DNA of 64,000 nt, from positions 5,627 to 69,626 of the forward strand of contig RECY01000034.1 of assembly GCA_007693785.1 (NCBI GenBank). The letters run 5' to 3'. Within the stretch, counting starts at the first letter, position 1; the number at the start of each line of letters is the position of its first letter. The notes below the pieces were generated by a model. It saw nothing but the letters and a program-made list of their open reading frames with translations, had not been told where the DNA came from and ran no database searches. A program made the position numbers and the translations under genes. The DNA comes from Phycisphaerales bacterium (GTDB lineage: Bacteria > Planctomycetota > Phycisphaerae > Phycisphaerales > UBA1924). Positions 1-8,698 of the stretch are shown piece after piece.

Positions 1-1029
1 CCCTGGAGCGCGAGCCCGTACGCCGTCGAGAGGTTCACGCTCGCCGCCTCGAACTCGCCCGAGCCCACGCCCTCCACGCTGACCCGCTTGAACCGCTCGA
101 TCCGGTACACGTCCAGCTGCAGCTGCTGCTTCAGATACTTCCGAAGACCCGGGAGCTGGAACGTCGAGCCCAGCCCGATCAGACGCGTCAGGTTCGCGTC
201 CTTGTGCAGGCTCTTGTAATACCCGATCGAACGCTGGATCTCCTGCGCCAGCTCGGTGAAGACCGGGCGCATCGCCTGGAAGGCGTGGCGCGCGTGCCGG
301 CTCTGCTCGGCCTCGCGCTTCAGCTTTTCCGCCTTCGAATAGCTCAGCTTGAACGCGTTCACCAGCGCGTCGGTGAACTGGTGCCCGCCGATCTGGAACG
401 TCCGCACCCAGACGCGACCCGCCTCGGCGATGATCAGGTCCGTCGCCGTCGTCCCCACGTCCACGATGATCGTGCCCGGCGTCTGCTCCGTGAACTGCAG
501 GTCGTACGCCAGCGCGTTGTACACCGCGACCGGCGACAGATTCACCACACTCGGACGCACGCCCACGTCCGCCCACAGGTCGAGCTGACGCTGCACACGC
601 GCCTTGGTCACCGCGAAGATGCCGACCTCGATCTCTGGCGTCGACTCGTTCCGGAACGTCTGATAGTCCCACTCCACCTCGTCGATCGGGAACGGGATCT
701 GCTGCTGCGCCTCGAACCGCACGATCCCCGGGATCTTGCTCGCCGGCACTTCCACCGGCGGCAGCTTCGGGAAACGCACGAACGACTCGTGCCCCGGCAC
801 GCTGATCGCCACGCGGTCCCGCGTCAGGTCCGCCTGGTTCGCGAACGCCCCCACCGTGACCCGGAGCACGTCGTCGGAAACCGCGTCCGGATCGCTCAGC
901 GGGCGCGGGTGCGGGAGCACAACGTACTCCGCGACGCGGACGCCACCCTCCTCCTCGCTCCGCTCCAGACGCACCGCCTTCAACGCGTACGCCCCGACCT
1001 CGATTCCCCAAGAGCCGCTCGCAGCCATG
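1..1029 (-). CDS. pilM: PilM-like type IV pilus assembly protein (actin-like ATPase fold); 3' end runs off the window
   Basis: Absent from the ORF track because there is no stop in the window. My translation from the ATG at 1029 gives MAASGSWGIEVGAYALKAVRLE...IIVDVGTTATDLIIAEAGRVWVRTFQIGGHQFTDAL...IGLGSTFQLPGLRKYLKQQL, which is PilM-like. GGAGG lies 8 nt upstream of the ATG. Confidence 0.75.
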
Positions 1030-1164
1030 ACCACGCCTCCAGACACTGACGATCAACCCGCCTCGACCCCGCAAGCCCGAAAAAACCGCCGGGCCGGGCA
1101 GCATACGGAACACCCACGCCCTCTGTTGCCCGTCGAGCCCCACCTCGTGACCCGCCCGTGACAA

Positions 1165-1530
1165 TCACCCGTCGCCGATGTCGCCTTCCCTATCCCGCTC
1201 GATCCGGTCGGCCAGCAGCGTCAGCATCAGGCCCGCCGCCATCGCGCTCCCGAGCACCCACCACCGATCCAAGGGCACCTGCAAGGGAAACCACCGCGCC
1301 GGGAGCGACCACGCCGCCGCGTGATACCCCACGATCACCAGCATCAGCCCGGTCGCGACCCGCGACGCGGCACTTAGGCCCAGCACGCTGCCGCCGCGAT
1401 CCGCGCCGGCGTCGAGCCCCTCCGGGCGGTGCTTGAGCACCGACCGGCCCTCAAGGGCCAATCGCGCACCAGCCACCGCCAGACCCACCCCCAGCACCGC
1501 TCCGAGCACGCTCCAAAGCACGGCGGGCAC
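1165..1530 (-). CDS. small hydrophobic membrane protein, function unknown
   Basis: 121-aa ORF with several hydrophobic helices ([21 protein letters not shown]..., LMLVIVGYHAAAW, WWVLGSAMAAGLMLTLL). It starts 5 nt after the stop of the upstream Memo-like gene. Confidence 0.45.
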   Translation of the reverse strand: MPAVLWSVLGAVLGVGLAVAGARLALEGRSVLKHRPEGLDAGADRGGSVLGLSAASRVATGLMLVIVGYHAAAWSLPARWFPLQVPLDRWWVLGSAMAAGLMLTLLADRIERDREGDIGDG

Positions 1531-1534
1531 AGGG

Positions 1535-2953
1535 TTAACGGATCAGCATCGCGGCGCTCGACACCAGGCTCATCCCCTGCTGGTCCATCGCCGCCAGGTA
1601 ATTCACCGGCTCCACCCGCTCGGGCTCCAAAGCCTTCAAGCAGGCCGAGAGGGCGCCGATCGAGCACCACCGCGTCGGGTTCTGCTGCCAGCTCATCGCC
1701 CCGATCAGGTCGTCGGCCGACCCGGTCTCGACGATCGCCAGCATCTCCTTGTCGTGCGTCAACACCTTTTCACGCAAGGCCTTGGCGCCTTCGTCCTCGC
1801 CGGCGAGGTTCTGCTGATCCCCGAACGCCGGGCCGACGTGGCTCAGGTCCGCACTCACGACCACGAGCGTCCGCCCGCCCAGCTCGTCGATCGCCGACCG
1901 TACCGCCTCGACAAACTCGTCCAGCCCCACGCCCGCACCGTCGTACGATTGACCCCCATTGACGAGGGGGTCGTGGACCAAAACCCCCACCACAGGCACG
2001 AATGCGCCCGAGGCGTCCGCCCCGAAGACCCGCTGGATCCAGGGGATCTGGAGCTCGATGGAGTGCTCGTTCTCGTGGTCGTACTGGCTGGTCGTGAGGG
2101 GCTCGCCGAGGCGGCTCTTGAGATGCTCGACGGCCTCCCGATCGGCCTTGCAGGTGCCCAGAGGGGTCCGGAAGCCCTTTTCGCAGGCCGTCACGCCGGT
2201 GCCGCGACCGAAGTGGTTGGTCCCCAGGACCAGCACCCGGTCCGGGCGTTCCGCCCCGCGGAGCTTGCTCCAGATCGCGGCATAGTTGCTCCAGCCCCGC
2301 CCGTAATCGATGTGCGGGGCGACGATGGCGCGGGGGAGCTCGCTCAGGGTGACTTCCTGCCCCTGCTTCCCGAAGGCGTCGGCCGCCTGGTCCATCCAGC
2401 TATCGAGGATCTCGCCGAAGCGGGTCGCGCCCTGGGCTTCCTTTTCCTCATCCGTTGCCCGTCGGGGCTCTTCGCCCTTCGCCTGGGCCTCCTGGACCAT
2501 GTGCTGCTGGACGAGCATGTCCGCGAAGTCGGCCGTGGAGCCCGGGGGGAGGTCTTCGACCTCGTCGAACTGCTGTCGCATGTCGGCGAGCAGGGCGTCG
2601 AAGGTCGGCCCCTCGAGCAGCCCGGCCGCGTCGAGCTGGCTCACCACGGTCTGGAGCATCGGGACCTGGAGCCCCTGCCCGACCTGGGCGACGACTTCCT
2701 CGACCGTCCGGGAGCCGTCGAGCAGGGGCATGACGTGCTGGAAGGCCGGGGGGAGCCCGATCTGCTTGCGGCTCACCTGCTGGGCGTCGCTCAGGCCGAG
2801 CAGCGTGATCGGCTGCCCGTCTTGTGTCTTCGCCTGCACGGGGAAGCCTCGGACCGGGCGGAGGCGCGGGCGCTGCATGTGCGGGGCGCCGGGGTCAAAG
2901 GGCGGGATTTCGGGCGTGGTGGACCCGGACGGGCTCGGCGGCATTTGGCTCAT
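1535..2953 (-). CDS. MEMO1 / AmmeMemoRadiSam system protein B family protein with a long N-terminal extension
   Basis: Motifs IVAPHIDYGRGWSNYA, HENEHSIELQIPWIQ and VVVSADLSHVGPAFGD. The track ORF extends to 3124. I prefer the ATG at 2953 (MSQMPPSP...), but the start is uncertain. Confidence 0.7.
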   Translation of the reverse strand: MSQMPPSPSGSTTPEIPPFDPGAPHMQRPRLRPVRGFPVQAKTQDGQPITLLGLSDAQQVSRKQIGLPPAFQHVMPLLDGSRTVEEVVAQVGQGLQVPMLQTVVSQLDAAGLLEGPTFDALLADMRQQFDEVEDLPPGSTADFADMLVQQHMVQEAQAKGEEPRRATDEEKEAQGATRFGEILDSWMDQAADAFGKQGQEVTLSELPRAIVAPHIDYGRGWSNYAAIWSKLRGAERPDRVLVLGTNHFGRGTGVTACEKGFRTPLGTCKADREAVEHLKSRLGEPLTTSQYDHENEHSIELQIPWIQRVFGADASGAFVPVVGVLVHDPLVNGGQSYDGAGVGLDEFVEAVRSAIDELGGRTLVVVSADLSHVGPAFGDQQNLAGEDEGAKALREKVLTHDKEMLAIVETGSADDLIGAMSWQQNPTRWCSIGALSACLKALEPERVEPVNYLAAMDQQGMSLVSSAAMLIR

Positions 2954-3111
2954 GCCCAAGCCTAGGCGGGAGCGCCGAGAGCGGGCACGCGGGGTGTCCG
3001 ATGCGGGCTGGACCGGCTCGGTGTGGGCGCTACACTTGGGGCCGCGCCGGACGGAGCGTCGACCGATGCCCCCGGTGCGGGTTCGCACGACTGAAAAGCA
3101 GGATTTCCGCC

Positions 3112-3429
3112 ATGATCGACACACTCGCCGCCGGCGACCGCATCCGCTGCACCGTCAAGAAGGTCCCTGCCGCCAAGGGCCCGACGGACACCATCGCCCG
3201 CCTGATGCGCAAGGACCCGGGCAACGCCAAGGCCCTGCGCCGGGCGCAGGACCTGCGTCGTCGGCGGATGCACAGCTACATCCGCGGCGGGCGCGAGTGG
3301 TTCAGCCGGGAGAAGCCGGCACAGGTCGTCCGCGTCGACACCGGCGAGAGCTGGGAGATGCCCTTCACCTTCGACATCCGCCCGGACCTGGCGAGCGTCG
3401 AGCGGTACCTCGAGATCCAGAAGGCCTGA
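3112..3429 (+). CDS. hypothetical protein (105 aa)
   Basis: Non-low-complexity C-terminal part of track ORF 2824..3429, starting at MIDTLAAGDRIRCTVKK. A hairpin terminator follows. I recognise no family. Confidence 0.5.
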   Translation: MIDTLAAGDRIRCTVKKVPAAKGPTDTIARLMRKDPGNAKALRRAQDLRRRRMHSYIRGGREWFSREKPAQVVRVDTGESWEMPFTFDIRPDLASVERYLEIQKA

Positions 3430-3496
3430 CCCCCAGGGTGGCACAGCTCTCGGAGCTATGTTTCACCTTAAGGACACATGACGATCACAGACCAAC

Positions 3497-3532
3497 GCCC
3501 GGCCCCGCAAGCGGCCGGGCATTGTCGTTGGT
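3497..3532 (+). terminator. putative intrinsic terminator
   Basis: GCCCGGCC-ccgcaagc-GGCCGGGC (8-bp stem, 3497-3520) followed by ATTGTCGTTGGT. It lies 68 nt after the stop at 3429. Confidence 0.4.
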
Positions 3533-3556
3533 GCGCACACCGCCCTACTTCAGCAT

Positions 3557-3801
3557 GTGCCACTGACCTTTTCTGAAAGGTCAGTGCTCCGGGCCGCCCT
3601 CAAGCTTCTCCTCCGGTGCCATGGAAACGCGAAGCCGTCCGCGGCGCAGCTTTTCCATGCCGGGCGCGGACAGTGTGTCGAGCGAGGGAGAGTGGGAGAG
3701 AGAGGTAGTCCCGGAAAAGCTCCGCCCGCGGCGGGCTCCGCGTTTCCGGGGCACCGGCGGAGACACCAGAGCACCGACCTTGCAGACAAGGTCAGTGGCA
3801 C
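3557..3801. repeat. nested-palindrome intergenic repeat, copy 1 (245 bp)
   Basis: Begins GTGCCACTGACCT and ends AGGTCAGTGGCAC. Left terminal hairpin is CACTGACCTTT-tctg-AAAGGTCAGTG (3561-3586). The right terminal hairpin (about 3772-3797) has one mismatch. Confidence 0.85.
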
Positions 3802-3841
3802 ATTGCACCACCGCGCGTGGATCACCGACCTACGCTTCCCC

Positions 3842-4285
3842 ATGAAATCCACCTCGGGTTTGGCGGTCGTGCTGGTCGGCGTGCTGCTCGTCGCGCTCGG
3901 GCTTGGCGGGCTGCTGCTGGTCGGGTGTGGCGACCAGAACGGCCCGAGCCGCCCCGCGAGCGACGTCTGGACCGAAGCCGGTGGCGCTCGTGTCTACACC
4001 GTCCGCGGGCAGGTCGTCCAGCTCCCCACCAGCCCCACGACCGAGTTCCAGGTCCGCCACGAGGCGATCCCGGACTTCGAGGACCGCAACGGCGAGACCG
4101 TTGGCATGAACGTGATGATCATGCCCTTCCCCCTCGCCCGCGGCGTCTCCATCGAGAGCTACGAGATCGGCGACAAGATCGAGATCGAAATGGGCGTCAA
4201 CTGGACCCAGACCCCCGCCTGGGCCGCGACGCGGATCCGTAAGCTCCCCGATGACACCGCGTTGGACTGGACGCCGCTGGAATGA
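3842..4285 (+). CDS. lipoprotein with a CusF-like (copper-binding) C-terminal domain, putative
   Basis: ATG at 3842. Signal peptide with lipobox (LLLVGC). VGMNVMIMPFPLARGVSIESYEIGDKIEIEM resembles the CusF-type metal-binding beta-barrel. Confidence 0.5.
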   Translation: MKSTSGLAVVLVGVLLVALGLGGLLLVGCGDQNGPSRPASDVWTEAGGARVYTVRGQVVQLPTSPTTEFQVRHEAIPDFEDRNGETVGMNVMIMPFPLARGVSIESYEIGDKIEIEMGVNWTQTPAWAATRIRKLPDDTALDWTPLE

Positions 4286-4356
4286 GCACGACCGCTCCGG
4301 GTGTTCGATGAGCCTTCTTGAAGGCTTCTCGGGGCAGCCGATCCCAGGGATGAACG

Positions 4357-4815
4357 ATGCCCCCCGAGATCCGTTTGCTCCAGCCGGATGACGTGTCGTT
4401 GATGCACGCCTTGCTCACGATGTTCGGCGAAGCCTTCCACGAAGCCGACACCTACGGCTCCAACCGTCCGGGCGATGATTACCTCCGCGAGCTCCTGAAG
4501 TCCGACAGCTTTCTTGCGCTCGCCGCGGTGCGGGACGGCGCGGTGGTCGGTGGGTTGACCGCGTATGTCCTTCGAAAATACGAGCAGGCGCGGAGCGAGG
4601 TCTACATCTATGACCTGGCTGTGGCGGCGTCGCATCGGCGACAGGGCATCGCGACGGCCTTGATCGAAACGCTGAAACCGATCGCGGCCGCTCGCGGAGC
4701 GTATGTGATTATCGTGCAGGCCGACACTGGGGAGGAGGACCAGCCGGCGATCACGCTCTACAGCAAACTCGGCACGCGCGAGGACGTTTTGCACTTCGAC
4801 ATCGACGTCCATTGA
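4357..4815 (+). CDS. aac(3): GNAT-family aminoglycoside 3-N-acetyltransferase, AAC(3)-I-like
   Basis: Collinear with AAC(3)-Ia as I recall it: [12 protein letters not shown]...[24 protein letters not shown]...[11 protein letters not shown]...GAYVI.VQAD......A..LY.KLG.RE.V.HFDID. Confidence 0.8.
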   Translation: MPPEIRLLQPDDVSLMHALLTMFGEAFHEADTYGSNRPGDDYLRELLKSDSFLALAAVRDGAVVGGLTAYVLRKYEQARSEVYIYDLAVAASHRRQGIATALIETLKPIAAARGAYVIIVQADTGEEDQPAITLYSKLGTREDVLHFDIDVH

Positions 4816-4830
4816 TCTCGGTCGGAGGCC

Positions 4831-4873
4831 AAAAAAAAGAACCCGGCGCTCAGCCCAATGCAGAGCGCCGGGT
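4831..4873 (-). terminator. intrinsic terminator of the UDG operon (minus strand)
   Basis: Minus strand reads ACCCGGCGCTC-tgcattgggct-GAGCGCCGGGT followed by TCTTTTTTTT. It lies 124 nt downstream of the stop at 4997. Confidence 0.65.
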
Positions 4874-4996
4874 CTCGTGGGGGTCGGTTGCCGGGGCTCC
4901 GAGATGGAGCGGCTCAATAACTGATTCGGCGCGGGTCGGGGTGTGGTTGCGTCGCCGAGCGCGAAAAATTGCCTTCCTTCCGACGCACGATCTTGC

Positions 4997-5899
4997 TCAG
5001 CGCCCTAAGCCCAGTTTTTCCATGACGTTCTGAAGATCGCTCCAGACCTTCGCCCGGTTCTCCGGCGTGTAGCTGCGGAGCAGGAACGCCGGGTGATAGG
5101 TTGGCATCACAGGGATCACCCCCGGCTCACCCAACCCGCCGGGCATCGGTGGCAGGCCCTCCAGCAGCACCCGGTCCGGGATCGCCAGCTCGTGCCACCG
5201 CCCTCGCAGGGCCCCCATCGCCTCCCGCGTCTCCAGCAGCAACTGGGCGGCCGGGCGACCCAGGGTCACGATCGCCAAGGGGCGAATCGTCCGGATCTGC
5301 TCGTACAGATAGGGCGAGCTCACCCGCGCCTCCTCCAGCGTCGGCGTCGCGTTGTCCGGCGGGCGCACCTTCAGCACGTTCGCGATGTACACCGACTCGC
5401 GGCTCAGCCCCATCGCCACGATCATCTTCTCCAGCAGCTGCCCGCTCCGACCTACGAACGGGCGACCGAGCCGGTCTTCCTCCGCACCCGGCGCCTCGCC
5501 CACGAACATCAGGCGCGCGCACGGGTCGCCCTCGCCGAAGACGATCTTGGTGTGGTCGGTCGGGAACTGCTCGTGCGGGGCGTCGCTCTCGTAGCGGGCG
5601 CGGATCGCGTCGAGGCGGAGCTGGGCCGAGGCGCGACGGTCCGAGGCGTCCACGGGCTCGGGGAGCGGCTCGGGCTCGTAGACGGCCGAGGTGATCGTCG
5701 GGTCGGACGCGGAGGGGCGTTTGGGCTCGACGAACGCGCCTGGCTTCTCCCTGGGCTCCGGGGCGGGCTCTTCGCTCGGCGCGGCCGCACGGGGCGTTGC
5801 GTGAGGCGCGATGCCGCCTCGCTGAACCGGGAGGAAATCCACACCGAGGCGACGCACCGCCTCGGCGTGCTGACGCAGCACACGCTTCGGATCACTCAT
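4997..5899 (-). CDS. udg: uracil-DNA glycosylase, family 4, with a low-complexity N-terminal region
   Basis: FGEGDPCARLMFVGEAPGAEEDRLGRPFVGRSGQLL and VMPTYHPAFLLR motifs. Confidence 0.85.
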   Translation of the reverse strand: MSDPKRVLRQHAEAVRRLGVDFLPVQRGGIAPHATPRAAAPSEEPAPEPREKPGAFVEPKRPSASDPTITSAVYEPEPLPEPVDASDRRASAQLRLDAIRARYESDAPHEQFPTDHTKIVFGEGDPCARLMFVGEAPGAEEDRLGRPFVGRSGQLLEKMIVAMGLSRESVYIANVLKVRPPDNATPTLEEARVSSPYLYEQIRTIRPLAIVTLGRPAAQLLLETREAMGALRGRWHELAIPDRVLLEGLPPMPGGLGEPGVIPVMPTYHPAFLLRSYTPENRAKVWSDLQNVMEKLGLGR

Positions 5900-5930
5900 G
5901 CCCGCATCCTACAGCCCGCGGCACGGGGCA

Positions 5931-7220
5931 TCACGCCGACAGCATCGCCGCGAGCGCTCCAGCGAACCGTTCCGCGTCCTCTTCGTTGGTCTCCGCCCCC
6001 GGGCTGACCCGGACGAGCCCGCCGCGTTCGAGCGTGCCGAGCGTTCGGTGGGCCGCGGGCGCGCAGTGCAGCCCGGCGCGGACGCGGATGTCGAAGCTGG
6101 CGTCGAGCGCCGCGGCGAGGGTGTCCGGCGACCAGGCGTCGTGCTCGATCGCGAAGCTCGCGACGCCGACGGTGTGGGCGAGGGCCGATCGGTCGTCGTG
6201 CTCGGCGAGCCGCCCCGCGGGGCCGACCCATCGCAAGCCGGGGAGGTGCTGCGTCGCCCCGATCGTGCGCACGAGCCAGCCGCGTGTGCGTTCGAGCCCG
6301 GCGTGCGTCTCTCGGGGCTCGCAGAGCGCGTCGAGCGCCGCGAGGAGCCCGGCAAGGAGCGGCGTCGGGGGGGTCCCCGCCTCGAAGCGGGCCGGCGCGT
6401 GCGCGGGCGCGATCGATTCGTCCCCGACGCCCGAGCCGCCCGTCCCGCCGAACGAGGTCGGCTGGAGCGGCTGCGCCTCGGGATCGCCCCCCGGATCGAA
6501 CGCCCGCCTTCCGACGGCGAGCACGCCCAGCCCCGCAGGGCCTCGCAGGCCCTTGTGCGCACCGAATGCGATGATGTCCGCCCCCGCGCCGCCGGGGGCG
6601 TCGGTCGGGAGCGGGCGCACCCCCGCGGTCTGCGAGACGTCGCTCAGCAGCAATGTCGGGAGCGACCGCGCACGCAACGCTTCGGCGAGCGGGGCGACGG
6701 GCTGGATCAACCCCGTCACGTTGTCGGCCGCGGTGCAGACGCACAAGTCCGCCGGCGGCGTGGTCGCCGAGCCGGCGGCGAGATCCCCCGATGCCTCGGG
6801 ATCGACGCGTCCATCCGCATCCGTCGGGAGCGTCGACACCCGCGCCCACCCGCGGGCTTCGAGCCAGGCCAGCGGGCGGGTGACGGCGTTGTGCTCACGC
6901 GGGCTGACGAGCACCCGGCGCGCCGGGCCCTCGCCCAAGCCCCGCGGCTGGCAGAGCCCGAGCAGCGCCAGGTTCAACGCCGACGTCGCGCCGCTCGTGA
7001 AGATCGCGAGCCGGTCGCGGAGGGCGAGCCGCTCGCTCAGGCGAGCGCGGGCCCGCTCGCGGATCGCTTCGCCCCGTCGTGCGGCGGCGTGCCCCCCGCG
7101 ACCGGGGCCGCCGATCTCGTCCACGAGTGCGCGCGCGACCGCCTCCGCGACGCCGGGCGCTTTGGGCCAGCTCGTGGAGGCGTGGTCGAGGTACACGGGA
7201 TCCTGCGTTTCAACGGGCAC
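5931..7220 (-). CDS. aminotransferase class V / cysteine desulfurase-like PLP enzyme
   Basis: VYLDHASTSWP, ADIIAFGAHKGLRGPAGLGVL (PLP lysine), RFEAGTPP and IRVRAGLHCAP. Confidence 0.8.
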   Translation of the reverse strand: MPVETQDPVYLDHASTSWPKAPGVAEAVARALVDEIGGPGRGGHAAARRGEAIRERARARLSERLALRDRLAIFTSGATSALNLALLGLCQPRGLGEGPARRVLVSPREHNAVTRPLAWLEARGWARVSTLPTDADGRVDPEASGDLAAGSATTPPADLCVCTAADNVTGLIQPVAPLAEALRARSLPTLLLSDVSQTAGVRPLPTDAPGGAGADIIAFGAHKGLRGPAGLGVLAVGRRAFDPGGDPEAQPLQPTSFGGTGGSGVGDESIAPAHAPARFEAGTPPTPLLAGLLAALDALCEPRETHAGLERTRGWLVRTIGATQHLPGLRWVGPAGRLAEHDDRSALAHTVGVASFAIEHDAWSPDTLAAALDASFDIRVRAGLHCAPAAHRTLGTLERGGLVRVSPGAETNEEDAERFAGALAAMLSA

Positions 7221-7259
7221 GGCAGCGGATCATTCCACCGCCGGGGCGTCCGCGTCGGG

Positions 7260-7601
7260 TCAGCCGTTGCCCGTGTTCTCGGGATCATCGATCGGGGGGC
7301 GCTCGCCGGGGTCGCGGGCGTCGCCCTCGGGGTCGGCATCTTCGGGATCGACCTCGGCCGGCGGGGGGTCGCGTTGCTCGTAGCCGTCGCGGTCCGTGGG
7401 TCGTTCGCCGGCGTTCATGGGCGTGGTGGCGGTCGGGACTCGTGCGCCGCCTTCGAAGAAGGGCGGGAGGACGGCGCCGAGCACGCCGCCGATGACGAGC
7501 CCGACGACGAGGCCGCCGACGAAACTGGTGGGAAAGCCGCTGGGCTTGTGGTCTGCGTCGGGCATGGGTGAACCCTCGGGAATGAGCCGCGTGATCGACA
7601 A
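7260..7601 (-). CDS. small membrane protein with an acidic Pro-rich tail, function unknown
   Basis: One clear TM helix (FVGGLVVGLVIGGVLGAVLPPFF). Sits directly upstream of the aminotransferase on the same strand. The start may be the internal MPDADHK. Confidence 0.4.
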   Translation of the reverse strand: MSITRLIPEGSPMPDADHKPSGFPTSFVGGLVVGLVIGGVLGAVLPPFFEGGARVPTATTPMNAGERPTDRDGYEQRDPPPAEVDPEDADPEGDARDPGERPPIDDPENTGNG

Positions 7602-7720
7602 GTCGGTGTGCGGCGTGGTCTGGAAGCGGATCCCGGCGTGCGCCGGGCAACTTCGACGATAGCGGAACCGTCAGCGCCACGCTATCCGAAAGGCTCTGGC
7701 GTGTTGCAAAGGGGTGCGGC

Positions 7721-7924
7721 TTAGCGCAGTCTTCGCATGGAAGCCGTCCAGCGTGCGAACTCGAGCAAGGCGGGGATGAGCTCGCGTCGCGGCGGGACGC
7801 CGCGTCCGAAGGCGGTCTCCCACCGCCACGCCCAGTAGGCGGCCCGCCAGGCGCCGCGCGTGCGGAGCACCGCGACGCCGATCAGCGTGAGGCCGACGGC
7901 TGTGAGCCAGAACCGAGCGATCAT
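7721..7924 (-). CDS. small membrane protein, function unknown
   Basis: 67-aa ORF with a TM helix (FWLTAVGLTLIGVAVL). Weak support only. Confidence 0.3.
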   Translation of the reverse strand: MIARFWLTAVGLTLIGVAVLRTRGAWRAAYWAWRWETAFGRGVPPRRELIPALLEFARWTASMRRLR

Positions 7925-7975
7925 CGCGAGATGGTACCCGCGTGCGCGTGCCGGGCTTGTGAGCGAGGGCTCGGC

Positions 7976-8698
7976 TCAGGGCCAGATGGTGAGGACGATG
8001 AAATTAGCGAGCAGGTGGTGAGCGTCGCGGAGCTCGACGCCGCCGCAGCAGCAGCACCCGCCGCCCGCGCCGTCGGTGTCGTTGAGCCCGGCGGGGGAGA
8101 AGAGGAGGACGGGTCGCCCGTCGCGTTCGATGGCGCGGACGACGCCGGGCTGCCCGTTGGTCTGCACGGGCGGGCCGAGGTCGTAGAGCGCGTGGAAGAG
8201 AGGGTGGTCGTGCTCGAGGTCGGCGGGGGGTTGATCCGGGTAGAGGCGTGCGATGGTGCGTTCGGCGGAGACGAGCCAGTCGCCGGGGCCGCAGGGCCCG
8301 GTGACGACAAGCGAGCCGCCGGTGTCAAGCCAGTGACGGAGGGCCCCGAGCTCGTGCGACGTGAGCTCGTACGCGCCGGCCTGGCTCAGGATCGCGACGG
8401 CGTACCCGTCCAGTCGCTCCTCAAGCACGCCGACCGAGGCGACCGACTCGCGCACCGCCCACCCGGTCTGGCGCGCGAGCACGCGGAGGAATCGCGAGCT
8501 GAGACACTCGGCCTGTCGCCCGGACTCCGGGCGCAGGTGCGCCACGCCGATTGCGCCGGGATCGATCGGTTCAGACGCGTCTTGCGCGCGAGCAGACGTC
8601 GGGAGCAGGAGCAGGACGGCGAACAGGCCGAGCAAGGGACGCCACGCGCGTGCGCAATGGTCGCGGCGAGGGATCGGTTCGTCAACGCTCCGGCTCAT
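7976..8698 (-). CDS. DUF4159 domain protein
   Basis: Signal peptide, then YAVAILSQAG...LRHWLDTGGSLVV...HPLFHALYDL and the characteristic GGGCCCCGG stretch. ATGA overlap with the upstream gene (8695-8698). Confidence 0.7.
   Translation of the reverse strand: MSRSVDEPIPRRDHCARAWRPLLGLFAVLLLLPTSARAQDASEPIDPGAIGVAHLRPESGRQAECLSSRFLRVLARQTGWAVRESVASVGVLEERLDGYAVAILSQAGAYELTSHELGALRHWLDTGGSLVVTGPCGPGDWLVSAERTIARLYPDQPPADLEHDHPLFHALYDLGPPVQTNGQPGVVRAIERDGRPVLLFSPAGLNDTDGAGGGCCCCGGVELRDAHHLLANFIVLTIWP

Noticed and set aside
3557-3852. A family of small proteins sharing PLTSSERSVLRA or STDLxxKVSGT (seen in track ORFs at 3557, 3550-3852, 21196-22563, 22466, 22554-23693, 23491, 41622 and 41646-41828).
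   Set aside because: The shared peptides come from translating the same DNA hairpin in both orientations. Substitutions preserve base pairing rather than codons, and the surrounding ORF sequence is not conserved.
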